DNA from: an uncultured virus (IMG/VR IMGVR_UViG_3300042398_000857)
Taxonomy: Duplodnaviria; Heunggongvirae; Uroviricota; Caudoviricetes
Reading direction: 5' to 3' (one strand)
IMG/VR virus record: IMGVR_UViG_3300042398_000857
Length of the DNA: 20,000 nt
Shown: positions 8,981 to 17,974 of the stretch, piece after piece
How the letters are laid out: each line of letters begins with the position of its first letter
How positions within the stretch are numbered: the stretch's first letter is position 1
Made by a program: the position numbers and the translations under genes
Notes under the pieces: generated by a model
What the model was told of the DNA's origin: nothing
The model's input: the letters and a program-made list of their open reading frames with translations, nothing else
Database searches by the model: none

Positions 8981-9010
8981 TATTTATCCAAAATACAATA
9001 ATAGTATTTA
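8981..9010 (-). promoter_or_regulatory. T4 late-type promoter motifs (TAAATA x2)
   Basis: Minus strand GATAAATA at 8981-8988 and CTAAATA covering 9005-9011, just past the capsid terminator; T4 gp55 late consensus is TATAAATA. Confidence 0.6.
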
Positions 9011-9016
9011 GATAAT

Positions 9017-9040
9017 AAAAAAGGGCACCTAAGTGCCCTT
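9017..9040 (-). terminator. Rho-independent terminator of the head operon
   Basis: Minus strand AAGGGCAC-TTAG-GTGCCCTT followed by TTTT, about 27 nt after the capsid stop. Confidence 0.85.
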
Positions 9041-9067
9041 CCTTATAAGTTACACTTAAAGTATAAA

Positions 9068-10234
9068 TTAGCTAAAACGAACGTTTGCGCTAGTAATTCT
9101 AACTAAACCTAAGTAGTCAGCAGCATTACCTAAAGATGATGCTGTGTTGCTCAACTCTACGTAACCGTAACGAGTTAAGAAGCTAACAACTGGTTCAAAT
9201 GTAGATGGATCTAACACAACACCACTGCTCATTAATGGGATATATGGGCAGTAGAACGCTGGAGCATCAGATTCTGAAGCACCTTTGTAACCAACCAAGA
9301 TATCGGTTGCATCATTTGCGTAGCTGTTTACATAAACTTTCAATGCATTGTTTAAAGTACCAACAAATTTTGTGTTAGTTGGAGCTTCAAAAGTACCTTC
9401 TGTAGTACGAGCAAAAGCTGAAGTAGTAGCAGATTGTAAAATTGTTAATGCAAATGGAGAAACAACAGCATAGTTACCAGCACCACGGCGTGTACGTTGT
9501 GCAATCAAGTTGCTTACACGGTTGATTTGGATTGCCAATGCAGCATGTTCGTCACCAACGAAAGTTGCAGTACCAGAAACTTGTGCTTGATCATAAGTTT
9601 GTGTTGGTGTACCAGCTAAGTTGATTAAAGAACTAATAATTTCTTGGTCAATTTCAGCTGTAATTTCTTGTGCCAACGCAGCCATAATTTCTGCTTCAAC
9701 GTCAATACCTTGTTGTGCTTGAGCATCTTGTGCTGCTTCAAATGTCCAACGAGCACTCAATTTACGAGTTTTCGCTTCAACAGTTTGTTTCAAGATTTGG
9801 ATGCTCATTCTTTTACCAGCAACACCTTCTAAAGACGCAGTTGATGATGCACCAGCTGGGCTTGAATCGTTACCTGAATATGCTTCCGCAATTTTGAATG
9901 GTGATAATGCTTCTTCACCTGCAGTTACGCCAGTTGCATTGTCTGCATAACGTACACGCAATGTGTGAATTTGGCCAACAGGACCGGTCATTGGTTGAAC
10001 ACCAACTAATTCGTTAGCAATAACGGTTGGCATAACACGGCGAATTACTGGTAAAATTACACGGTTTAAAGTTGCAACGTTACCTGCAGATGTACCACCA
10101 GCAGTTGCGCTTTCTGATAAGTATCTACGAGTGTTTTCTAAAGTAACACCCATCATTGTTTTTTTAGTTCCCTGTAGACCTTCTAATAGGGCTTCTTTCG
10201 TTTCCGCCCAACGGCCATTAAGTAGTTCTGACAT
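9068..10234 (-). CDS. gp23: Major capsid protein, T4 gp23 family
   Basis: Motifs RRVMPTVIANELVGVQPMTGP, KTRKLSARWTFEAAQD, EITAEIDQEII, RTRRGAGN, FYCPYIPL, DPSTFEPVVSFLTRYG; AAGGAG SD; canonical gp21-gp22-gp23 order. Confidence 0.97.
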   Translation of the reverse strand: MSELLNGRWAETKEALLEGLQGTKKTMMGVTLENTRRYLSESATAGGTSAGNVATLNRVILPVIRRVMPTVIANELVGVQPMTGPVGQIHTLRVRYADNATGVTAGEEALSPFKIAEAYSGNDSSPAGASSTASLEGVAGKRMSIQILKQTVEAKTRKLSARWTFEAAQDAQAQQGIDVEAEIMAALAQEITAEIDQEIISSLINLAGTPTQTYDQAQVSGTATFVGDEHAALAIQINRVSNLIAQRTRRGAGNYAVVSPFALTILQSATTSAFARTTEGTFEAPTNTKFVGTLNNALKVYVNSYANDATDILVGYKGASESDAPAFYCPYIPLMSSGVVLDPSTFEPVVSFLTRYGYVELSNTASSLGNAADYLGLVRITSANVRFS

Positions 10235-10251
10235 TTAATTTCTCCTTAAAT

Positions 10252-11340
10252 TTAAAGCCCAGCGAGTCTACGGATATCTATAATGTTTGATTCCGATTCG
10301 CTGCTACGATTAGTTTTGGAAGTTTTATTTCCAGTTATTTCTTTAGCTTCTACGAGTGCTTGTCTCTTTTGAGGAGCATTGCCAGCAATAACCGCTGGAA
10401 GGTACTTTTCGAAACTTTCAGTTAATTTAGAAGTTTTTACACTTTCCATTAATTCACTCATGATTGAACGCTGTTCACTATTTAGAGGTGATAGTAATTC
10501 GCCCATGATTTCTTTTCTTTGTTGAGCTTCCTTCAACATACGAATTTCTGCTTGTTTACTTTCTAAGATTTTCTCTGCAGATAAAACAGCTTTAGCTGCC
10601 TCTTGCATTGCTTGATCTTTCATGTCTATGACTTTGAGTAATTTAGCAGTTTCGGATTTTTCGTTCAAATAACTGGTTTGATATTCTGCTGCAAATGCTT
10701 CGAATAATTTACGACCGAATTCTGAACGGCGAGCTGCTTCGATGTCTTCTTTAAGAGATGTAATTTCTGAGCGTAAGCCCTTGTTTACAACACTTTCAAC
10801 CATTTTTGCAGCACGATGAACAAACTGTTCTTTTACTTTTTTGATTTCTTGACGACCTTCACGTAAAACTCTTACTTTGGTTTCCGCCAATTCCTCTTTA
10901 TCTTTATAGAACTCTGTAATTTCTTGAGCTAGAGCTTCAACTACGAAATTTTCTAGAGTTTCAAATTTACTAACCATTTGCATTTGATCTTCGTGCAATT
11001 CTTTAACTTCTGATGCTAATTGACGTGTTACGAATTTTTTCATAACATTAGCACTTTCAGTCATTTTTTTAGCATACTTAACTTTCATTTCTGCTAATTG
11101 TCTACGATCTTCTGCGAATTCTCCGATTTCACCAACAAGTTGATCAGAGATCATACGATCTACTGCTTCAATCATGGTGTTTTTATCGTGTTCGTATTTT
11201 TGTGCAAACTCTTCACGTAATACTTGAGCAACTTGTTCACGATTTTCTAAAATCTTACGATCCCAAGCTTGTTCAATTGACTCTTTGATCTCTCCAGAAA
11301 TCACGTTGTTTTCAAATAATTTGTTTAATGCTTCCAACAT
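10252..11340 (-). CDS. gp22: Prohead core scaffold protein, T4 gp22-like
   Basis: Glu/Lys-rich coiled-coil protein between protease and capsid genes; GGAGA SD; GLRSE...GRKLFEAFAAEY segment. Confidence 0.85.
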   Translation of the reverse strand: MLEALNKLFENNVISGEIKESIEQAWDRKILENREQVAQVLREEFAQKYEHDKNTMIEAVDRMISDQLVGEIGEFAEDRRQLAEMKVKYAKKMTESANVMKKFVTRQLASEVKELHEDQMQMVSKFETLENFVVEALAQEITEFYKDKEELAETKVRVLREGRQEIKKVKEQFVHRAAKMVESVVNKGLRSEITSLKEDIEAARRSEFGRKLFEAFAAEYQTSYLNEKSETAKLLKVIDMKDQAMQEAAKAVLSAEKILESKQAEIRMLKEAQQRKEIMGELLSPLNSEQRSIMSELMESVKTSKLTESFEKYLPAVIAGNAPQKRQALVEAKEITGNKTSKTNRSSESESNIIDIRRLAGL

Positions 11341-11353
11341 GTGATTCTCCCTA

Positions 11354-11980
11354 TTATTGGAGGTTGCCTATTATATTTAATAGGCTCTCTTTGAGATATT
11401 TTTGCGCCATCGGATCACCCTTCACTTCTTGCGCTATACGCAATGCACTATAACCACCTTTATTGTTTAAAAGGTGTTCATAAATTGGTGTAGGATATGC
11501 TCCTGGAGCACTGGGCTGAGCTACCATATCTACTGTGATAATCTCAAAATCTGATACTTCATTTGAACCGTCATTACTGACATTTCCAGAACCTCTAGAG
11601 GAGACACCTAATTTAACGCCGCTTTCCAACATTGTTTTAATTAGTTGTCCCATAGGGGTTGGCAAGATTTTAAGCTTGCCATAACCATTTGGACCATCCA
11701 TCCACATATTAGTTATCATATGTGATACACGGTCCAAATTTATTTTTAGATCATCTGGATGATCTACTTCTCCGAGTACGGAATAACCGTTCTGAATCTG
11801 ATCATTAAGGGTCTTAACAGCCTTGCTAATCTCACTCACAGGGTAAACACGTTGATTTGCATTGCGGATACCTCCTTGAATGCAGATACCCGACATATGC
11901 AAGTTTTTACCTTCTCTATCGTCAGATTCAACGATTATCTGTGCTTCGTTAAAACTTAGATTTTCTCGGAGATGCAACAT
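11354..11980 (-). CDS. gp21: Prohead protease, T4 gp21 family
   Basis: Motifs NANQRVYP, LGEVDHP (catalytic His), LGVSSRGSG (catalytic Ser), DMVAQPSAPGA. Confidence 0.96.
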   Translation of the reverse strand: MLHLRENLSFNEAQIIVESDDREGKNLHMSGICIQGGIRNANQRVYPVSEISKAVKTLNDQIQNGYSVLGEVDHPDDLKINLDRVSHMITNMWMDGPNGYGKLKILPTPMGQLIKTMLESGVKLGVSSRGSGNVSNDGSNEVSDFEIITVDMVAQPSAPGAYPTPIYEHLLNNKGGYSALRIAQEVKGDPMAQKYLKESLLNIIGNLQ

Positions 11981-11983
11981 ATC

Positions 11984-12856
11984 TTACTTGCCGCCTATAA
12001 TGCTTTTATCAGCAACTGATTTTTCACCAGCGCCTTTCTTTTCAGCACCATGGCCTTTGCTCACCGAATTTAATTTAGGTGCTTTTGAGTTACCAGGTAC
12101 GTTTACGTTGCCACTGTTTAATGGTTTTGTGCTTGGGTTTAATAGACCGCCTTGTGTTCCGCCTTTGGTTTCATCAGCTGAACGGCCAATCACTTTGCCA
12201 CCCATATTATTTTTCATGTTATCAATAACTGATTTGTTATTAACGCCATTGTCACCATGTTTTGGTAATGCAACTTTGTTTACATATTCCATAAATTGTT
12301 GGAATTCTTCATCAACAGCATCTCCATCGTGGTGATAGTGGTGAATTTCTTTAACTTCTTGATCATCGTCACCCAAGTCAGCTCCGAATTCATCTTCTTC
12401 ACCTGCTTCGTCACCAAATGCTGGTTCTTCTTCGCCGCCGAACATATCGGCGTGTTCTGGTTCGCTTTCTTCACCAGATAACAATTCTTCGAATTCAGCT
12501 TTCAATTCTTCCAAAGCATCTTCCAAATCAAGTACGCGGTCTTCTAAATCACCGTCACCTTCTTCGTCATCTTCTTCATCGCCAAATGGGTTTTCTGAAT
12601 CATCTTCTGAATCGTCTTCTTCATCACCAAATGCGTCTACTGCATCATCGTCTTCGCTGTCATCTTCCGCAGGTTCGTCAGAAGATTCTTCTTCCTCTTC
12701 CTCTTCTTCAGCACCAGGAAAATCTGATTCTAATAATTCTTCGTAAATTTCACGTGATTTTCCAACAACAATGTTGTGGAAAATTTCTTTCGCTGTTTCT
12801 TGATCTTCATTGATCAAAGCTTCTAGCATAGCTTCAAATTGTGCGCGATCAGTCAT
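11984..12856 (-). CDS. Highly acidic, probably disordered prohead core protein (position of T4 gp67/gp68)
   Basis: AGGAGG SD; long Asp/Glu tracts, one short coiled coil (LEDRVLDLEDALEELKAEFEELL) and a basic Gly/Lys tail; lies between portal and protease. Confidence 0.7.
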   Translation of the reverse strand: MTDRAQFEAMLEALINEDQETAKEIFHNIVVGKSREIYEELLESDFPGAEEEEEEEESSDEPAEDDSEDDDAVDAFGDEEDDSEDDSENPFGDEEDDEEGDGDLEDRVLDLEDALEELKAEFEELLSGEESEPEHADMFGGEEEPAFGDEAGEEDEFGADLGDDDQEVKEIHHYHHDGDAVDEEFQQFMEYVNKVALPKHGDNGVNNKSVIDNMKNNMGGKVIGRSADETKGGTQGGLLNPSTKPLNSGNVNVPGNSKAPKLNSVSKGHGAEKKGAGEKSVADKSIIGGK

Positions 12857-12895
12857 GTTTATCCTCCTATGATATCTACATGCAAGGCTGTATCT

Positions 12896-12912
12896 TATTT
12901 ACAATATTTATA
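12896..12912 (-). promoter_or_regulatory. Tandem T4 late promoters (TATAAATA + TGTAAATA) driving the head core/capsid genes
   Basis: Plus strand tatttata at 12905-12912 is the exact TATAAATA consensus on minus; second TAAATA at 12896-12901. Confidence 0.75.
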
Positions 12913-12958
12913 AAAAAACGCCTTATAATAGTTAAAAAACTGTATTTTTGGCGTTTTA

Positions 12959-13198
12959 TTATGCAGGTTGTGCCGGTGCAGGGGCGTACATGCTATGAAT
13001 AAAACTTAATTCACTTTCTTGTTCCAAAATATGAGCTTCGCTGCTTTTACGAATCTCATTAATTTGTCTCAAAGTTAATCGAGTTTTTCTAGTATCACCT
13101 CTGTGCATAGTGCTTTCGTCATGCTTTGGGTCATAACGTAAGTCACTAGCCACTTGCCTAGTATCTGGATCAATATAAAATAATTCTCTTAAAATCAT
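12959..13198 (-). CDS. Small hypothetical protein (79 aa) after the portal gene
   Basis: Co-oriented ORF filling the gap between portal and the acidic gene; preceded by TAAATA. Confidence 0.7.
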   Translation of the reverse strand: MILRELFYIDPDTRQVASDLRYDPKHDESTMHRGDTRKTRLTLRQINEIRKSSEAHILEQESELSFIHSMYAPAPAQPA

Positions 13199-13202
13199 AA
13201 TG

Positions 13203-13210
13203 TATTTATC
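13203..13210 (-). promoter_or_regulatory. Late promoter motif GATAAATA overlapping the portal stop codon
   Basis: Minus strand TGATAAATACATTATG: the motif lies 4 nt before the ATG of the 79-aa ORF, which suggests a leaderless or near-leaderless transcript. Confidence 0.5.
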
Positions 13211-14960
13211 ACATTGGGCTCACGGGGGGTGGATTTTGCCCCATTCCAGGTGCTGCGCCTGGAACATTACCAGTTGAATCTGGTAGTAGATCTCCTTCCA
13301 TTTCTGGAGGTATGCCTAGATCCCCGGCCATACCTAAATCACCTTCAATACCACCAGCGGATAAGCCAGCACTTCTCATTTCACCTGCTGAATCTGTGTG
13401 GGTTGGTTGACCTTTACCAGATTCTTCTCCCCATAAACGTTCGTTTTCTGCCATTTCATCTTCATTTAATCCTAAGAATCGTTTCATAGCGAAACGTTTA
13501 CTCATATATGGTAATTGTTGAATGGTGTTAAATGTGTTAATGCGTTCAGTATCTAATGCAGCCTGTCTTGAACTAGCAAAATTGAGTGGTGGGTTGAATG
13601 ATAATTCAAATAAATTCGAATCAATGTTTACACCACGTGAATGCATATATGATTTAAATTCAATATCGAATACTTCAGTGATTAAGTTTTGAAGTCTCTC
13701 GCAATATTTGTTAAATCTCAATTCTTGAATATATGCAGTACCAACACGACCATCATTAAATGATGCTTGACTGTCATCCGCACCAGTAGGTAAATATGAA
13801 CTTGGAATTCGTAAACCACGGAATAATTTATTTGTGAAATATTTTAAATCATCAATTTCACCTAAATTAGTACCACCTGGTAATACATCAACTTTACTAC
13901 CACGTCCATCAGCAGTCATTGGAAAGAAATAATCTTCGTTAATTGATAATGGATTATATGCACTATCAATAACGTTTTGCCCACCACCAGATTGACTTGG
14001 AATACGTCTTTGATGAATTTCATTTTTTACACGTTCAACAAATGCCATAGCTAAATGACTAGGCATATTACCAACATCAATATGGAATACACGTCTTTCT
14101 GGAGCACGTTGAATACGATAAATTAAAATTGCATCTTCTAATAATTCTTTTTGTTTATATACTTTGAAGACATTTTCTAATAAACTATTACCAAATGGAT
14201 AATTATTATCCAAGCCTTCTGATAAAGATAAGTGAATAACATGTTCAGCATTTATTGCGTGTTCGGTTTCCGCTAATCCCCAGCGACTACCAGAACTACT
14301 AGTTGGATATGCACCAGATGTGCCACGTTGGGTTGAATTAGCGCCTAAGTAGCCGCTACTTGGAATAACTCCGCCACCATTTTGTCTTGGATTAACATTT
14401 GGTGTAATTTGTGTTGCAACTAAATTTTCAAAATTTGGTGCCAAATCTTTAATAATATACTGTTCAGGTTTTTTACCTTCACTTTCATTAACAATAATTT
14501 TAATAATTTTACTAGGATCGACCCATGACCATTTTTGTGTTTCTGGATCTCTAATAAAAAATGCATCACCATATTTAAATACATTTCTAACAATTCTAAA
14601 AATTCGTGTGTCAAATTGTTGAATTTTACACCATTGTTGTAAATATTCTCCCAATATTCTAACTTCAGAATTTGTAGCCTTACTGCGCCATTTAACTGAA
14701 AATGGACTTTTTTTATCTTTCAATTTATCTGTACAAAATTCTGCTAGAATATCGAGCGCAGCATTAACTTCTGGATCGCTATCCATTACTTCATATTGTT
14801 GATATCTATCAACTCTATTTGGACTACCAGTATATACATCTGGTAAATAACTAGAATAATTTGTTCTAGCGGGACCAGCTTTTGCTAATCCATTGGCACC
14901 TGATAACGGGCTTAATGAATTACCAACATCTACTGGTGTAAAGTGTTTTTTCCATGACAT
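13209..14960 (-). CDS. gp20: Portal vertex protein, T4 gp20 family
   Basis: Motifs LEDAILIYRIQRAPERRVFHIDVGNMP, EDYFFP, LPGGTNLGEIDDLKYF, LRIPSSYL, ELRFNKYCERLQ; AAGGA SD. Confidence 0.97.
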   Translation of the reverse strand: MSWKKHFTPVDVGNSLSPLSGANGLAKAGPARTNYSSYLPDVYTGSPNRVDRYQQYEVMDSDPEVNAALDILAEFCTDKLKDKKSPFSVKWRSKATNSEVRILGEYLQQWCKIQQFDTRIFRIVRNVFKYGDAFFIRDPETQKWSWVDPSKIIKIIVNESEGKKPEQYIIKDLAPNFENLVATQITPNVNPRQNGGGVIPSSGYLGANSTQRGTSGAYPTSSSGSRWGLAETEHAINAEHVIHLSLSEGLDNNYPFGNSLLENVFKVYKQKELLEDAILIYRIQRAPERRVFHIDVGNMPSHLAMAFVERVKNEIHQRRIPSQSGGGQNVIDSAYNPLSINEDYFFPMTADGRGSKVDVLPGGTNLGEIDDLKYFTNKLFRGLRIPSSYLPTGADDSQASFNDGRVGTAYIQELRFNKYCERLQNLITEVFDIEFKSYMHSRGVNIDSNLFELSFNPPLNFASSRQAALDTERINTFNTIQQLPYMSKRFAMKRFLGLNEDEMAENERLWGEESGKGQPTHTDSAGEMRSAGLSAGGIEGDLGMAGDLGIPPEMEGDLLPDSTGNVPGAAPGMGQNPPPVSPM

Positions 14961-14971
14961 CGTGTATTCCT

Positions 14972-16873
14972 TTATCTTGAATTTAAATTCGGGGATAGTT
15001 GTTTTGTGACTCTATATTGTTTTGTACTAGTATCTAATAGTTCAGAAGTTGTGGCAGCTAATCTCCCCATTGTTGTATTTAACATTCTCAGCTGTTCATC
15101 AATTTCTTTTAATGTAACTGTTCCAAAAGTGTTAATTTGTGGAATTTCTTGTACTTTATTTGGTTGTTTTCCTTCATTTTCAATTGGCTTCTCTTCTTTT
15201 TGTACAATATTTGTCATATTATTTTTCATTTCACTCATCATATTATCAACAAATTTAAAATTAGTATTCCCCATTTGTGATTGCATATCTGATAAAAATG
15301 CATTTAATTTTTCACGTGGAATTACTGCTTCATTACCATGTAATGTTACATCTTCCCCTGCACCAAAATTGCCACCAAACCAATCACCAAACAAAGCTTT
15401 AGAACCATCAGCCATCGATTTTTTATTCGTTGGTTCAGCTTGTTCTTTGTTTGATTTATTTTTTTCGATAGTTTCTACTTCTGTCTTACCACCTGGATTC
15501 ACAAATAAAGTTCCAATTTTTATAGAATCGGTAGTCATCGTTGTAATATGGCCAGCCATTTCTGAACCTATATATAGAAGTCTGTTAAGATTTTTAAATA
15601 ATTCTCCTCTACGAATATCATCTTCTATTCTATCTGCTTGTTCACCAAATGCTCGCTTAGAAAATGGTTTACCATTTTGTACATTTTTCAAATCTTCTAT
15701 ACTACCTGATCTTAATACAGCAGCACCAAATCGTTCATTAGTTGCTTGTAATATTTCATAAAATTTCACATGTGCATCGGAAACTCTAGACATTGATTTA
15801 ATGTATAATTCAGTTGCTGCTGCTCCAGCACTTTTTTCGTTAGTTAGTGGATCTCTATTTTCTTGTCTGCTTTTAATCGTTGCTTGTGCTATTTCGTTTG
15901 CTTTCGCATATGATACGTTGCCTTCTTCAGCAATTTTTGCTAAACTTTCGCGGTAATTTTGCGCTGACAACCATGCTGCTCTCGCTGCGTCTGCAACATC
16001 ACCTTCACCGCGTCTAGCTAAATCTCTATATTCCTTAGATTGTTGTCTTTCAGCAACTGCAACTTGGGCACGTTCTAATCTAGCGTTTGCATCAGCACGT
16101 TCAGATTCATTGGTGGCATCTCGTACTGCTGCAATAGAATTTTGTAGCTCTGTACCAGCCGGTCCCAATGCAGTCAACATCGATATGGATGATTTACTGA
16201 ATTGTTGTCCAGCATATATCTCATCACCAAGTTTATCTAATCCCATACCTTTAAGATCAGTTGACATTTTTTGGTATGAAATAGCAGCATCCTTACCACC
16301 GGCGGCAATTGCATCTTCTATTGCTATTTGAGTACGTGCATTTTTTTGTTTTTCGCGTAATGCATCTTCTTGTTCACGTCTTGAAACACCAGTCATTTGA
16401 GCAACTTTATCCATTTCAGTTGCTAATGATTCAGTTGCTTTAAATGCTTCGGCCTTTGATGAAGCATCTTGAAGTGTTAATCGTCTGTTACTAGCAAGAG
16501 TTAATGCCAATACTTCATTATACTCACCAGTTGTATAGCCAATTTGTTTTAGAGAATCAGCTGCAGAGGTATCAGAAAATTCTCTAGACAATATATTAAA
16601 TCGTTTGGCGCTTTCGTCCATAGATCCACCGAGTGACGTAAAGCCTTGTTGAGCTGCAGAGATCGCGTTTGACCATTCATCTACACTCATTCGAGTAGTT
16701 TTTATACTAGTTTGAAGGCCAATCGCATCTCCACTGAAATTAATTCCTTGCTGAGATAATGATTGCCATTGTGCAACTGGTCTTTGCATAGGGTCTAATG
16801 ATGATAATCCTAATCCAAGTTTTTTAGTAAAGTTTCTTAACTCAGACATTAATAATTCAGTTTCAGTTGCCAT
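14972..16873 (-). CDS. Putative tail tape-measure / baseplate hub protein (gp29-like), ~633 aa
   Basis: Ala/Glu/Gln-rich helical protein with a C-terminal VTLHGNEAVIP motif; adjacent to the gp26/gp51-like pair. Start moved to ATG 16873 (MATETELL) because the 16930 start overlaps the divergent gene and promoter. Confidence 0.6.
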   Translation of the reverse strand: MATETELLMSELRNFTKKLGLGLSSLDPMQRPVAQWQSLSQQGINFSGDAIGLQTSIKTTRMSVDEWSNAISAAQQGFTSLGGSMDESAKRFNILSREFSDTSAADSLKQIGYTTGEYNEVLALTLASNRRLTLQDASSKAEAFKATESLATEMDKVAQMTGVSRREQEDALREKQKNARTQIAIEDAIAAGGKDAAISYQKMSTDLKGMGLDKLGDEIYAGQQFSKSSISMLTALGPAGTELQNSIAAVRDATNESERADANARLERAQVAVAERQQSKEYRDLARRGEGDVADAARAAWLSAQNYRESLAKIAEEGNVSYAKANEIAQATIKSRQENRDPLTNEKSAGAAATELYIKSMSRVSDAHVKFYEILQATNERFGAAVLRSGSIEDLKNVQNGKPFSKRAFGEQADRIEDDIRRGELFKNLNRLLYIGSEMAGHITTMTTDSIKIGTLFVNPGGKTEVETIEKNKSNKEQAEPTNKKSMADGSKALFGDWFGGNFGAGEDVTLHGNEAVIPREKLNAFLSDMQSQMGNTNFKFVDNMMSEMKNNMTNIVQKEEKPIENEGKQPNKVQEIPQINTFGTVTLKEIDEQLRMLNTTMGRLAATTSELLDTSTKQYRVTKQLSPNLNSR

Positions 16874-16892
16874 AATATTTTTCCATAAAAAT

Positions 16893-16918
16893 GAGTATAT
16901 AAATACTCTTATATTTAG
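16893..16918. promoter_or_regulatory. Overlapping divergent late promoters within a palindrome
   Basis: TATAAATA on plus at 16898-16905; CTAAATA on minus at 16912-16918; inverted repeat GAGTAT-ATAA-ATACTC at 16893-16908. Confidence 0.7.
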
Positions 16919-16928
16919 CGGAGAATAC

Positions 16929-17753
16929 ATGTCAAATCCTTTACAAAACTACTTCAGACAGCCTAAAATTTACTTAAAATTACCATCATTAGGGAAATAT
17001 AATGACCCAAGTTCTATAACTGGAAATATTGAAAATATGCCAATTTATGGAATGACAGGCATGGATCAGATTATTATTAAGACACCGGATGCATTATTAA
17101 ATGGTGAAAGTACAGTAAAAATAATTCAAAGTTGTTGCCCAAATATTTTAAATGCATGGGACATCACTAATTTGGATATTAATAGTTTACTAGTTGCTAT
17201 TAGAATTGCTACATTTGGAAATGTAATGAATATTATGACCACTTGCAATCATTGTAATACTGAAAGTAATTATGATGCAGATATATCACAATTTTTGCAG
17301 CATTTTTCTTCAGGTAAATTCGACCCAAATGTAGTTGTGGATGATTTAGTAGTGAAATTAAAACCGTTATCATATAAACAAGCAACCGCACTGGGTTTAG
17401 AAAACTTCACTTTACAAAAACAATTATTTCAATCGCAAGATATAGAAGATGATAAGCAACGTCAAGAAATTGTTTCTAGAATTTATGAAGAGTTTGCTGT
17501 TTTACAAAACAAATCGTTAGTTGCTAGTATTGATTATGTTGAAACACCATCATCGGTAGTATCAGAATATGGTTATATTAAAGAATGGATTGATAATTGT
17601 GACGATTCTGGTATTAAGAAAATTAAAGAGAAATTAGATAGCAATAGCATGTTATGGAAAGCACCATCATTATCAGTAAAATGCGTTGAATGTGGTGCTG
17701 TTAATGAAGTTGAGATTGAAATGGATAACGCAAGTTTTTTCGCCAACGCCTAA
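16929..17753 (+). CDS. gp26: Baseplate hub subunit / tail assembly chaperone, T4 gp26-like
   Basis: N-terminal P-x-x-Y-L-K-L-P-S motif, LLVAIRIATFG, two CxxC motifs (CNHC, CVEC), C-terminal ...SFF; GGAGA SD. Confidence 0.75.
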   Translation: MSNPLQNYFRQPKIYLKLPSLGKYNDPSSITGNIENMPIYGMTGMDQIIIKTPDALLNGESTVKIIQSCCPNILNAWDITNLDINSLLVAIRIATFGNVMNIMTTCNHCNTESNYDADISQFLQHFSSGKFDPNVVVDDLVVKLKPLSYKQATALGLENFTLQKQLFQSQDIEDDKQRQEIVSRIYEEFAVLQNKSLVASIDYVETPSSVVSEYGYIKEWIDNCDDSGIKKIKEKLDSNSMLWKAPSLSVKCVECGAVNEVEIEMDNASFFANA

Positions 17754-17758
17754 CGAGA

Positions 17759-17974
17759 ATGAATAATAGTGAGATCGAGCAATATCTCGTTGGGCTAGAT
17801 CATGAAATACTGCATTTTAAAGAAGAACTTTTTAGAATTAGTTGGCATATGAGAGGTGGAGTAAATATTAATGATTTACTCCATACATATTCACAAGAAG
17901 ACATTGATATAATGAATTCTATTATTAATGATCATATTGAGCTTACAAAAGAAACTCAAATTGCATTAATTTAA
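17759..17974 (+). CDS. Small gp51-like baseplate hub assembly protein; probably also (or only) expressed as a -1 frameshift extension of the upstream ORF
   Basis: Short helical ORF (ELFRISWHMRGGVNINDLL) directly after the gp26-like gene; its frame is open back to 17729, through a T-TTT-TTC heptamer; no well-spaced SD. Confidence 0.6.
   Translation: MNNSEIEQYLVGLDHEILHFKEELFRISWHMRGGVNINDLLHTYSQEDIDIMNSIINDHIELTKETQIALI

Noticed and set aside
1735..16331. Plus-strand ORFs in the track (1735, 2666, 4755, 5691, 8449, 9644, 9715, 11759, 11880, 12296, 12418, 13214, 15006, 16110) and short alternative-frame minus ORFs (12280, 14420)
   Set aside because: They lie antisense to or out of frame within well-supported genes, lack SD sequences or motifs, and are expected shadows of codon bias.
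16874..16930. Longer start (16930) for the tape-measure-like ORF
   Set aside because: It overlaps the divergent gene start and both late promoters; ATG 16873 lies downstream of the minus-strand promoter and has a GGA SD-like motif.
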